A stretch of DNA of 64,000 bases from the human T2T-CHM13v2.0 reference genome, Homo sapiens. Within the stretch, counting starts at the first letter, position 1. Each line of letters starts with the position of its first letter. Under the pieces are notes generated by a model. It did no database searches. It was not told where the DNA came from and worked only from the letters and a program-made list of their open reading frames with translations. The translations under genes were made by a program, and so were the position numbers. Below, in pieces: positions 39,906 to 52,593 of the stretch. The DNA lies in NCBI RefSeq assembly GCF_009914755.1, contig NC_060927.1. One strand, given 5' to 3'.

Positions 39906-41853
39906 TTAAAAATAAAAATAAATAAAATACTTAAGTAGAGGCAGTATAATATTATGTACATACAAGTTAGTTTATGATCCCACTGTAGGGACTGACAGTT
40001 TCCCTAATAATAAATTCATATTCCAGTGAAGGTTCTATAAAGTCTTATCATAAATCCACAAATCAGAAGTGACCATTCCAAGTGCTTCTGTTTTCCACAT
40101 CTTGATTATCACCTAAACATAGAAAATGTCAGAAAAATGATTTTACTGGTAAAATTATTGGTTTAATTAACATGGAAAATGTTAGAATTGGGCTTGTATT
40201 GGTAAAATTAAATATATTCAATAAATGTTTATTGGGTAAAATACTATGAGACCCATCCTCCCTCCAATCCCTCGCATGAGCAAAATAGAAGACAGTGGTG
40301 TGTCTTCTGAATTCCTAGGAAAGATATCAAAGTTTGCCCAATAAGCAGACCTATGCCCAACCTTTGCAAATCAATGTGACTATTAGAATATCAAAAGCCA
40401 GCTTCCAGAGATCCTGTCGTGTTATCCTGAGTGACCCTTTCATCTAGTATGGAGGTTGAAGAATTTAAAAGAACAAAGAGCCGTGCCTTCTTCAAGCTGA
40501 CAGACCCAGTTATAGAAGCTATTTTCTGCCTGCTTACTAATGTTTGGTTGTTTAGTAAATGTCTTTATGTGTGTAAAAATTTTGTCGGAGATTTCTTTCA
40601 TTAAAACCTGAAAGTAAGATTGTGGGGGACTGCTGACTCTCACCAGCCACATCAAACTAGTTGCTACCATTCTCAACCAAAGAACCTCTTCAGAAAGAAA
40701 TTAGCTGTGTCAGTTCCCAACAATAAAGAAATAAAAGTATCTTTTAAAAAAGAAAACTATATAGATTATCTCTTTATTAAAAGAATAATGCCATGAGTAT
40801 ACACAAACAAAACTTTCATATTAAAGTTTTGGGAGGTCACAGGTTTGCCCATTTCCATTCATAGACTACTGGGTCTACTGCCAACAGGTAAGCCCTCGAA
40901 CCTTAGATATAGTCATGCAAATTCAACCCTTACTTGAGTAGACAAGATGTGAAAGTTGAAGGACACAGGTAGGATCCCTGATTCTATTCAATTACAGTAT
41001 TCCAGAAGTAAACTTTTTGGAGGCAGACTTTTAACAATGTACAAGATAGGATAGTTTTCTGATCACAGAGATTTGCATTTCTTTCTCTGCGGGTACAGAC
41101 CAGTGTATATGTGTCCATTTGGCTGGTTTTCCATTATGGCCGACTAGTGAATGCTAAGATTTCATAATGAGAAAGTCACTGTAGAAGTTTCCTTTCTTGC
41201 TTGGGTTTTGAAAAGCAGGAACATGAATGAGGAAATGACCAAAATCTTCATCTCAGTGGAAAACATACAGTAAAGGAGGCAATCCTAAGAAATAAAGGAA
41301 ATTAAATTAGAAAAGGAATGGATAGAAGTACCTTGAACTCATGATTGGAGATTTTTATTTAATTAAAATGAGACCACTGAGAGGGTTTTGATTAGTTCAA
41401 TGGGTGATCTTCTTCCACAGAAGTTACTAAAAAGACAAAAATAACTGGCAATTTCAAGCTAATGGAGGAAAGTCGGATGTCTGAGAGCAAATGAAGAGAA
41501 AAAAACGTAAAATGATAGTGGCTGTATATGAAATTGAGAGCATAATAGAAGAAAAGGGAAATCTATTTAAAGACATTATTTAGGAAGAAACAACAAGATC
41601 TGTTGATAGTGAACAAAAGATAAATTTCCCATTGATGTAAGGTGAAACAAACACACACTTCATCCATCCACCAGCATCTCATGAATCTTCTAAAAGTGCT
41701 ACTTCCACCATGTTATCTTTCTGTCCCCAAAAGGGAGAGCTTTAGTTTAGAATCTTAGAATAAGGTCTAAATTCCTTATCTTGAAATTTAAGACTTTCTG
41801 TAGTATAGTCCCAAATTCTCTTTTTCAAAACTACCTTTAAAAATAATTCTGAT

Positions 41854-41882
41854 AAAGGAAGATATTTATGCAGCCGACAAAC

Positions 41883-41913
<31 letters not shown>

Positions 41914-42678
41914 CTCATCATCACTGGTCATTAGAGAAACGCAAATCAAAACCACAATGAGATACCATCTCATGCCAGTTAGAATGGCAATCATTAAAAA
42001 GTCAGGAAACAACAGATGCTGGAGAAAATGGGGAGAAATAGGAAGGCGTTTACACTGTTGGTGGGAATGTAAATTAGTTCAACCATTGTGGAAGACAGTG
42101 TGGCGATTCCTCAAGGATCTAGAACCAGAAATACCATTTGACCCAGCAATCCCATTACTGGGTATATACCCAAAGGATTATAAATCATTCTACTATAAAG
42201 ACACATGCACACATATGTTTATTGCAGCACTGTTCACAATAGCAAATACCTGGAATCAATCCAAATGCCAAACAATCATAAACTGGATAAAGAAAATATG
42301 GCACTATTACACCATGGAATACTATGCAGCCATAAAAAAGGATGTGTTCATGTTCTTTGCAGGGACATGGATAAAGCTGGAAACCATCATTCTCAGCAAA
42401 CTAACACAGGAACAGAAAACAAAACACTGCATGTTCTCATTCATAAGTGGGATCCGAACAATGAGAACACAGGGACACAGGGAGGGGAACATCATATACT
42501 GGGGCCTGTCGGTGGGTTGGGAGCTAGGGGAGGGATTGCATTAGGAGAAATACGTAATGTAGATACTTGATGGTGCAGCAAACCACCGTGGCACGTGTAT
42601 ACCTATGTAACAAACCTGCATGTTCTGCACATGTATCCCAGAACTTAAAGTATAATAAATAATAATAATAATAATAAT
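41854..42678 (+). mobile_element. L1PA7-like 5'-truncated 3' end with (AAT)n tail
   Basis: ORF2 C-terminus [22 protein letters not shown]...[24 protein letters not shown]; 12-bp TSD aataattctgat at 41842-41853 and 42679-42690; internal (TA)n at ~41884-41908. Confidence 0.96.
41957..42544 (+). pseudogene. Remnant of the L1 ORF2p C-terminal (cysteine-rich) region; not a host gene
   Basis: The ORF-track translation matches the L1 ORF2p C-terminus. The normal stop after ...SFISG appears changed (CGA), so the frame runs on into the 3' UTR. Confidence 0.9.
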
Positions 42679-43526
42679 AATAATTCTGATTGCAGGAGTC
42701 TTGTGAGTTTCTGTTCCACAACTCAGAAGCAGATTTAAAACTAATTTTATATAATTCAATCCTGATCAAGAGCAGGGCTTTCTTATCCCACTATCTTTCT
42801 AAGTGTTCCACCTTCTGTTCTAACATACAGAGATGTACGAGGATGTGAGTTAGATAAATCAGTGAATGTACTTCACATTCAGGTGGAAAACTTTGTGGGA
42901 TGGATCTGCAGGTGGGACGGGCCTGGGCCGAGACATAAGCACAGGTGAGCTAAGCAATTGACTTTGGTCTATGGCCTGACCATGTGCTGTATTGGCCTCA
43001 CTAAAGGCTATGTCTCTCTTGCAAGAACTTTCATTTCTTCATTTCACTCTCTCCTGTCATTGGAAGCCCAACTTTTCTTCTCTCAGCTTCTCGTTACTTT
43101 TTCACTCATCCGTGTGAGTTGAGAAACCATCGACCTGTATGATGGTTGAGTATTTGTAACCATTATGGCTCCTCAGTGAACAACTGCAGACTCCCATCTA
43201 GCTCTGACACAGTTCCAGCTGGAGAAAATAAGAGGTCCCTGTGGGGTACAAGTAAAAGGAGGAAACCGCAAAAATAACCATGAAATAGTTATTGCCATGA
43301 AGTTACTTCATATGTCCTTAATTTTACACGTAATTGATTCTTTCTTCAGCAAGAAATGTTTCACTGTTTCCTTGGTATTTTGGTCTGCTTTTGGGGTCTA
43401 AGCCACACTTCTAAGACTCTTAGCTTTTCCATTGCCTCATTTCATTATCTTTATTCCCATTCCACTTCAAACTTATGGCCATGTCCTAAATACTTACATC
43501 ATCACAATTTTTCTCTACCCAATATA

Positions 43527-43581
43527 TTAGGTTAGTGCAAAAATAATAGTGGTTTTTGCCATTAAAAGTAATGGCAAAAAA
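43527..43581. mobile_element. MADE1 (Hsmar1-derived MITE), one arm truncated
   Basis: ta-ttaggttagtgcaaaaataatagtggtttttgccattaaaagtaatggcaaaaa follows the MADE1 consensus. Confidence 0.88.
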
Positions 43582-43930
43582 TGGTAATATTAAATGTAAC
43601 CACCCTGACACAATGCCATAAGATAAATTTTCAACCCTGCTTCATCCCAAAGTCTGCCTTCTTCATATTTATACCTGGACTGCTGATTCATCACTGCTAG
43701 AGAAAAATCACACAACCACTGAGATTGATACCATTAAAAATTCATGGCCTCCAACTCTAACTGTCCAGAAATCCTGCAGTTCTTCTCCAGGCAAATCTCT
43801 TTCCTATTGTCCACAGTGACTATTTTTATACTTCTCCACCTTCCTCAAACCTCTGAACCAGATGCTGCTCACTTCATTCTCAACAAAAGACCTAACCTGC
43901 TGTTTACAAAGAAAATAGAAACCTGCTGCG

Positions 43931-44366
<436 letters not shown>

Positions 44367-45128
44367 TTATTCTCTTTTTCATGTATTATTTTGGAGAGGT
44401 AAATAGGAGTTTCTGTTGTATAATATTGGAGGCTACCTCCACATTGCCTGACAAGAAGCTGCCTGAGATTAGTGGCTCCTCATTCTCCAATGGGAGGGAT
44501 TTCTATTATTTTCAGCTTCGTACAAGGTGTGCAGGTTCTATCACGCCAGGGATTTGATATCCATGATAGCAGGTAGCCAGCTGCAAGATATCTGTCTGTG
44601 ACTCCTTGAGTAGTTGGTATGCAGATCTATACTGCATATTATTTGCTCTCTCCACTTAGTACAAAGGATAATAACAGGAGAGTTAGAGCCCCTTCCCAAG
44701 AGCATTGCTCTACTGTGGGTCCAGCTGTGCCCAGGAATAAGGCATATGCAGATCTAATGCATTTCAGCATATAGTCTCTTCTTTAATCATTGTGCAAGAA
44801 TAAGTAGGGTCATCTTGCTCCAGGAATACAAGTTTACTCACACCATCCATACTGTTAAGTGTGTCCCCAATCATTCGTATCTGACAACCTCTCCTAGGGA
44901 GTAAAGGTATTACTACAAGATGCCGGAACTAACATCTGTGACCTTCACCTCAGTTTTAAGATGTTTATCTAGTGGTGTGGTGGGTCTCACTCTGTATCTT
45001 ACCTCCTTTAGGGCTGTTGACATCATGTAAGAGACAGTTCCAGGTCACTGGCAATGGGAAAATTCCCAAGATGGAGCTAGGTGCTCCGCTCATTCTGACA
45101 TCAAGATTTACCACCACAACATGCAGGG

Positions 45129-45444
45129 TTTTTGTTTTGTTTTGTTTTGTTTTTTGTCTTGTTTTGTTTTGCTTTGAAATAGGATCGTGCTCTGTCACCC
45201 AGCCTGGAGTGCAGTGGTGCTATCATGGCTCACTGCCGCCTTGACCTCCTGGGCCCAAGTGATCCTCCCACCTGGGCCTCCCTAGTAGCTGGGACCATGG
45301 GCGCATGCCATCACACCAGGCTAGCTTTTGTATTTTTTGTAGTGATGGAGTTTTGCCATGCTGCCCAGGCTGGACTTTAACTCCTGGGCTCAAGTGATCC
45401 TCCCACCTCAGCCCCTCAAAATGCTGTAAGTACAGGCCCGAGCC
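45129..45444 (-). mobile_element. AluJ, reverse strand, with (AAAAC)n tail
   Basis: tctgtcacccagcctggagtgcagtgg...ttgacctcctgggcccaagtgatcctcccacc...ctcctgggctcaagtgatcctcccacctcagcc. Confidence 0.94.
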
Positions 45445-45899
45445 TGAGACACGCAGTTTTGATAAACTGTACCCAGCAACATGCAGTCCTGATAAACACC
45501 AAAGTGACATGAATCATAAAAATCACAGCTCAAACCATTTCATAATCACAAAAGGAGCCCAAAGCATTAATAAAAGAGAACATAAGATGTTGAAAAGTGA
45601 TAACAGCCCTTCCTAGGAGAACAAATAGAAGGACAACCAAAACCCTGATGGGCTAACCAAAGACTTCAATGGTTCAGGCACAATTTTGTTTAAAAATCTC
45701 ACTTTTTAAACCATCCCCAGGATAAGAAATTTATTTCCTGGCACCCCATCAGCACTGATTCATTAAGATGGGCAGCTGGCACCCGCTTTGATTCTGCCTC
45801 TACCTATGAGGTAGTAGATGATTCCAGAGAGACTTTCCGTGGAACAGCAGGCAGAAGCTAACTGCATGGTGGTCCAAGAGCCTAAGAAGCAGATTCTAC

Positions 45900-46530
45900 C
45901 TGGTGCTGTTTTTTTTTTTTTTAACATATCCATACACTTGATAATAAATTATTAGTATCCATCTTCCACTGGCTTACAGCATGTCATTTCTTCACATTTC
46001 TACAATATGTTGCTCGAACTTCACTATCATTTGGATTTTAGTTTACTTTTATTCGGGTGTTTTTTTCCTTGATTTCACATTTTTCTCACGTGAGCTGCGA
46101 ATACAACTAGACTTCAAACTAGAGCATTTGATCTCCCCTTGTGCTTAACTTTCCAGGAAGATGTCGCAATTGCCCCTGAACAATAATCAAAAGGCACTTC
46201 TCTCTCTTCCTCTGAAAAATCACAGCTCCTGGGTGGGGAAGTGAGTGGAGATGTTACATCTCTCACATCCTTACTTTAGTTTCAAGAGTGAGAAGAGATG
46301 AAAGAAGATGAAAACAGACTTCAAAACACACAGAAAACTCCTGTATTTACAAAGGGGAAAAATGATGGCGTTCAAAACACTACAGAGCAACGTAAGCAGT
46401 ATCTCCAACTCCCAAACAAATAAAAGAACCTTTCACAAAAGAAATCGTATGTGACCCGAGACAATAAACCTCTGTACAGTTCAGAAGTTGGTTTTATAGC
46501 TAAAATAGTCAGGCTTTGCCTCGACATACC
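45900..46530 (-). promoter_or_regulatory. Candidate alternative promoter / first exon (unique sequence)
   Basis: No recognisable repeat; 12 CpGs in 45781-46530; TATAAAA on the - strand at 46492-46498; donor-like CAG|GTAGAA at 45900/45899. Inference only. Confidence 0.3.
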
Positions 46531-47269
46531 CACAGTTCTGGAACATGAAACTTTTCAATACCCATCATGTTCAAATTATTGCCACCCCATAATTTCCTCA
46601 ATCCCATTTCACTGAAGTGGAATGTTTTATGCATAGCAGCCATTTTAAATCAAGAGGGGCAGGAAGTTACCTATACAGTCTGTTATGAACTTCCTAAACT
46701 TAAGTAAGATATTTCAATCCCATGCAAGGAGAAACCAGTGGTGAATTTATGATATGAGTTTTGTCTTTTAATTAAGAACTTAAAAAAGAGTTGACAAAGT
46801 TTTTTTGAAAGTGAGAAGAGGCAAAATAGATCTATTGGAGAGAGTTTCTGAGTTGGAGAGTGGAGTACAGGCAACCTTACGAAGAGCTCGGACCTGGGAA
46901 TCAGCATTTGCTGTAACTTGTAGTGAATGTCAGGGAAGAGTAGGTGGTGGAGAGGGACAGATTGGGCAGGTGGAATTTAATGTCTAGAGACACATGGTGT
47001 CTTTTGGCACAACTGGTGATTATCATCATCAGAGAGGCAACTGGGTGGGGTGAAGTCTCTGTAGGTAGAGGGTGCATGCAATGGGATATCTGGGATGCTG
47101 GCCAACAACAGGGAAGACTGGCAACAAGGAAAGAACCTCAACTCCTGGACTGTTGTGTGATTTAATAACTGAAGGAGAATGGAAGGAGCAAGGCAGCATT
47201 TCAATACAAATGACAACAATTACTAACAATAATAGATTTGCTAAAACACTGGGAAGGATTGAGTCTTGT

Positions 47270-47390
47270 ACTTCATAGAGGAAACTGAAACTTGAACTAC
47301 ATAGCCTTCCCAAATTCTCTCAGCTAGTGGGTCCCAGAGCCAGATTTATCAAAAGGCAGATCTACTTAGATCCAGAACTCATAAGCACCA
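47270..47390 (-). mobile_element. MIR fragment
   Basis: catagaggaaactgaaac...ttcccaaattctctcagctagtgggtcccagagccagattt. Confidence 0.65.
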
Positions 47391-47669
47391 TGGTGTATTT
47401 TACTGAGCTAGAAAGAGCAGAGGTGCAGGGAACTTGGGAAATGATGCACAAGGTTGTGATCCACATATAAGTAAATAGCAGTTCCTGTTTTCATAATGTT
47501 AAACGTAAGGAAACATAAGTAAAAGTCTACGGCATTCTAGAATTTACGTAGCACTTTCACTTGGGTTGTCTCAAAACCAAGATAGAAACCTAGACAATCA
47601 GGTTCAGTGTCCAAAGACCTAACAGAATCAGCAAGGTTCTGTCTAGGATGACTTGAACATTAAGCCATC

Positions 47670-48760
47670 CTTTAAAAAACATCTACAAGAATACACAGGA
47701 GAAATTTTTTAAGACCTTGGATTAGGCAAAGGGATTTTAGGTATGACACCAAAAGCATGAGACCCAAAATAAAAAATTGTTAAATAAGGCTTATTCTCTT
47801 AATAGTGTTAAGAGAATAAAACAGCAAGCATATTTAAGTAATTTATTTTCAAATCACATATCTGACAAGTGACTTGTATCCAGAATATATATGTATATGA
47901 CTCTCAGAATTCAACATTTTAAAAAATCTCCCAATTTTTAAAATGGTCAAAGGTTTTTAAAAAATGCTTCACCAGAGAAAATATACAAATGGAAAATAAC
48001 CTTAGTGTCATTAGTCATTAGGACAATGAAAAAATTAAAACCACAATGCAATACAACATACAACTATTTAAATAGCTGAAATCGATAGAACTAACAGTCA
48101 TAAGTCTGGCAATGAGGCAGAGCAACTGGAACTCTCACACATTGCTGGTAGGAATGTAAAATGGCACAGCCACTTTGGAAAACAGTTTGGCTGTTTCTTC
48201 TAAAATTAAATATACACTTACCGTATGACCCGCAATCCCACTCCTGTTTATACACAAGAAATAAAAACTTATATTTACCAAAATAGCTGTATGTAAGCTA
48301 ATGTTTTCAAGTGCTTTATTCATAATTGCTAAAAGCTGAAAACAACCAAAATGTCCCCCAATTAGTGAAACAGTTGCACATACATTCAGTGCAACATTGC
48401 TCAGCAATAAAAAGGAACTACTGATATGTATGACAACGTCAATGATCTCAAATGCATTATGCTCTAAGTGCAAGAAAACCCATTCAAAGACTATACACTG
48501 GATGACTTCATTTATATGACATTCTGGAAAAGGCAAGAACTGTCAGGCAGAGAACAGATCAGTGGTTCCCAGGGATTGAAGTGGAGGAGGGGCCAATTAC
48601 AAAAGGGCAGCATGAGAAATTGGTATGTGTGTGTGATGAAACTCTTTAGTAGCTTGATTGTGGTGGTGAACACAGGACTCTACCTACTAGCAAAATATAT
48701 ACTACTGTACCCCCCCCCAGAAAAGTTTACTGTGAATTGAAGAATAAAAAATCGTAAACA
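47670..48760 (+). mobile_element. L1MD/L1ME1-like ORF2 end plus 3' UTR
   Basis: gaccttggattaggcaaagggattttaggtatgacaccaaaagcatga...gtaaaatggcacagccactttggaaaacagtttggc...gagaacagatcagtggttcccaggg. Confidence 0.9.
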
Positions 48761-50699
48761 TTAAAAACTGATTATATATATATATATTTTACTTTTGCTG
48801 AATAAATTCTGTGTGTGTGTATGTGTGTGTGAGAGAGAAAGAGGAAAAGAGAGTAAAGAGAAAGAGATTTTGCCAAAAAAAATGGTTCTTTTATGAAAGT
48901 ATGGGAAGTACGGACTGTCCCCTCATGCAATGTTTTATGCAGAGTAGCTGTTCAATATGCATTTGTTAAGTCAAAATGAATAATAGAATAACAAAGTATA
49001 CCAGTTACTTCAAATTAATTTCACTTACAAAATATAAATACCAAAATTAAACAATTAATGATATTTATAACTGTCTCAGTAATGATTCACGTTGAGATCT
49101 TTGAACTTATATCACTCTCAACACACAAAACTTGCAAAGTTACATAAAAGCAACAAAGCCAACTCAATTAATTTATTAGCATATTTAAAATTCAGGGTGC
49201 CAATGATAATTTTAGTTGTCACTTTAGGTTATAAAGTAGCAATTTGAAAATCATAATAATGAAAAAGAAGACTAGGACATACATATTATGTATGATTATG
49301 ATTTTCTGCACATATTAAAATTCATCTTTATTATAATTGATGAATATAAAATATATAAAATTACTTTAGAATGATGTGGATACAATGAAAGTATATCAAA
49401 GGAATAATATTTCATATGCTGAATGCATTTTATATTTTATTTTTAATCCAAACTTTTGTAGAATGATTCGGTGCTACTTTAAAAATTAAAGTAGCTTGTA
49501 AAGAATACAAATTACAGTCATTATCATGATTTGTTTTAAAAACAGATCATTACAGCTTAAATAACTTTCATGTGAAAGAAATCAACAATAATTCAAAAAG
49601 CAAAAGAAAGTATTGAGAAAACAACGTAAGTGTGATATTAGCAGATATATTTCACTTCTGAAGATAGATCAATGTCAAATGAAATTATCTTTTGAAAGCA
49701 TAAACTTCTATGAATTTATTTTAATTTATAAAATAGCTACAGCTGTTAGTACAAAACTCTAATAGTGTTTATTGACATGCACTGAATTGGGAAAAAAAGA
49801 TACAGGGAAATGAAAAGTGTACACATTCAATAGAATTTTAAGACGGTGTATATGCCCAAGCTCGCCCAGTTTTAATAGAAAGCAAGAATCTGGTTAATAA
49901 TGAAGCCCCTCCCTAATCTTAAGAAAGTGCAGCAGAAAATAAAACTAAAGAAAAAAATTATCTCACTTTACAATTGTGTATTTTAGACATTTCAATTGCC
50001 AGTTTTAATTTTTCCTTGCAACATGAAGCTTTGTTTTCAAGATAGCTAGTGCAGCCTCACATATTAATACTTATGTTGTTATTTCTTTTGGTAGAGACTT
50101 GACAAATATTCCTAACTGAACAGTGGAACAACAAGGATATGGAACTTATATCCAGCAACTTTTTTTTGTCCAGAACAACTAGTTCGGAGTTTGCCTATGA
50201 GTCAGTAATGTATTTTATGGTGATTACTAATATTTTCTTAGGAGTTCAATAAATATTTGGACAAAAAACAGACAAAAGTTACATTAACTTACCTAAAGTA
50301 CAGAACTAAATAAAATATTTTGAGAAAATGTTAACTCATGTCACACATCCAAGATGATGATGATAAATTATTTGTAATGGATTGATTGTTATTGGTGCCA
50401 CAATACAGATGGAATTCTCCTCCTATAAAACCTCATCTAACAAGATTTACATTTCCTTTTACCTTTTTCTATAAAAGTGGTTAATGGTCATGTATCTAGA
50501 CTGTGACAAGTAAAGATACTGACTTTATGAAAAATCACAGATTATATTCAGCACCTAGCACAGTGACTGGCCCACACTAGTACTCAATGGAAGTTTATCG
50601 GACTGATGCGAAATGTGAATAAATTCTATGTAAAAAGAACAAAATTATGCTCTTAGGACATTATGCTAGAGTCAGTTTTAAGTAAAATGGATATTTTAT

Positions 50700-51230
50700 T
50701 TTTGGAGGGTTGGGAATATTCTCATACACTATATGCATGAGCAAAAATTTATACAGATTTTCTGATGGAAATTTACTAAGATTTTTTTAAAGTCTTCAAA
50801 TGTATATATGCAGTGATCTAACATTCTTAATTCTAGGAATTTATCCCAAGGAAAGTATTTGGAATTTGCACAAAAAAATGCCTATGTTTTTAATAATAGC
50901 AAAGACTGGAAACCTTCTTCTAAATATATAATAATAAGTGGTTAAATAAATTATGGCAGACTCACATAGTGAAATATATTTGAACTCATTAAAAATGATG
51001 CTTTTTATGGAAGCATGTTTGTTTTATACATTAAGTAAAAATGTAGTTTAAATTGGAATGTATACTGTTATCTCATATCTTGTGCAAATATATGTATGTG
51101 CATGTACACATAGAAAAGTGGTACGTACCAAGTTGTTAATTATTGTTGTCTATGGATGGAGGATTTTAATTTTCTTCTTTTTCCTATCTGAATTTTATAA
51201 TTTTTAAACACTAGATTTTATTTATTGCTA
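50700..51230 (+). mobile_element. L1ME4-like 3' fragment
   Basis: ttctaggaatttatcccaaggaa, aataatagcaaagactggaaac, tggttaaataaattatggca. Confidence 0.75.
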
Positions 51231-51717
51231 TTGAAGTATGAAAATACAAGTAAGAAAGTAAAAAAACTGATGCTTGAAACAAAAGAGTAATATGGCCACT
51301 CACCGCCACAAAAATGACTAGTTTGCCCCTCTTCTGGCTAAGCTGAGTGATTGGTACTTCTTTATCAACACAACTCTACCCCTGCTATAATCCTCCCACC
51401 AGCTAGACACAATAAATAAAGAAATTCAATCATCACCCATCTCTGTTTCTTTCTCTCTCTCTTTTTTTTAATCCCAAGGACTTCAAAACAAAGTCTCTGT
51501 TTCTTGATAGCATTCGATCCAGAATGAGTTTCTGCTTTGTAATCCATCCTTAGAACCATTGGCACAAACCCAACCCCATAAGAAGCTCCTCTCAACACCC
51601 CCTTACTGAGGTGCTTTCACAATGACACTTAAATGAACTCTCAGATCCTGCTGCACCAAGAAAAATAAACCCAGCTTTGTGACTCTGAGTATTTGTGGTG
51701 GTCTTTGGTTGTTTCTT

Positions 51718-51840
51718 GTGATGATGATGGTGGTGATAATGATATTGGTGATGTTAGTAGTGGTGGTGGTTGTGATGATAGTGAGGCTGGTGATGATGGT
51801 AGAGATGATAGTGATGATAGTGGTGATAGTGATGGTAGTG
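51718..51840 (+). repeat. Degenerate (TGA/TGG/TAG)n trinucleotide low-complexity tract
   Basis: gatgatgatggtggtgataatgat...gatgatagtggtgatagtgatggtagtg. Confidence 0.9.
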
Positions 51841-51949
51841 CACAGGTGTTTTTAAAACTAGTAGTATTTGGGACCCAAGAAACCAAAGAAAAATATTCTC
51901 TTTCACATAGACAACAACATTATACTAAGTCCTATGACTTCCAGCACAG

Positions 51950-52130
51950 GAGAGGCAATCTAGTGAAACAGAAAGAAACTATACTAAGAGTCAGGAGTTA
52001 TAGGTTCTAGTTCTGGTTCTGCCATTAGTTTACTTTGTTACCTGGAGCTAATCACTCAACCTCTCAGGACCTCATTTAATTCATCTGCAAAATGAAGATT
52101 TCTGGATTGACTTCTAAAGTTAACTTTTCG
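51950..52130 (+). mobile_element. MIR (MIRc-like)
   Basis: gagtcaggagttataggttctagttctggttctgccatt...aatcactcaacctctcaggacctca...catctgcaaaatgaag. Confidence 0.8.
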
Positions 52131-52174
52131 TATCGTGCAGCTTTTTGTCTCTGCTCTAAGTTATTAAGTCAGAG

Positions 52175-52395
52175 ACCCAGATTAGATGATCTACAGTCTA
52201 GGTCCACTACTTGTTTTTGTAAGTAAAGTTTTTATTGACATGTAGACACATTTGTTTACACATTATCTATGGCTGCTCTCACATTACAGTGGCAGATCAG
52301 AGTGGTTACAATAGAAACTACATAGCCCACAAGGCCTAAAATATTTATTATCTGACCCTTCACAGAAAAATTTTGGTACATTAACATGCCCCTGG
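52175..52395 (-). mobile_element. MER58-type hAT element
   Basis: tgtttttgtaagtaaagtttttattg...catttgtttacacattatctatggctgct...gcccacaaggcctaaaatatttattatctgacccttcacagaaaaa. Confidence 0.85.
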
Positions 52396-52459
52396 TCTAG
52401 GGGTATGTTAACAAGAGTTTGGTATGTTGAGGATATATCTTATTAGCAGATATATCTTG

Positions 52460-52593
52460 TTACCTGCTTCACAAGGTAGGGAACTCTTGTTCACTAGTGT
52501 ATCCTTAGTGCCTATGTCAGTGCCTGGTTTCTAGCATATGCTGAATACATACTTTAAATGAATGAGTGTATTAGAATGAATGACTAAATGAAT
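52460..52593 (+). mobile_element. L2 3' end
   Basis: cttgttcactagtgtatccttagtgcct...cagtgcctgg...aatgaatga tail repeats. Confidence 0.75.

Noticed and set aside
41957-42544. Longest ORF (195 aa) as a protein-coding gene
   Set aside because: It is the L1 ORF2p C-terminus of a 5'-truncated L1PA copy with TSDs, extended by loss of the stop codon.
51693-52010. Asp/Gly/Ser-rich 105-aa ORF and its Ser/Pro-rich antisense ORF
   Set aside because: Both result from a degenerate trinucleotide repeat; the + ORF runs into a MIR.
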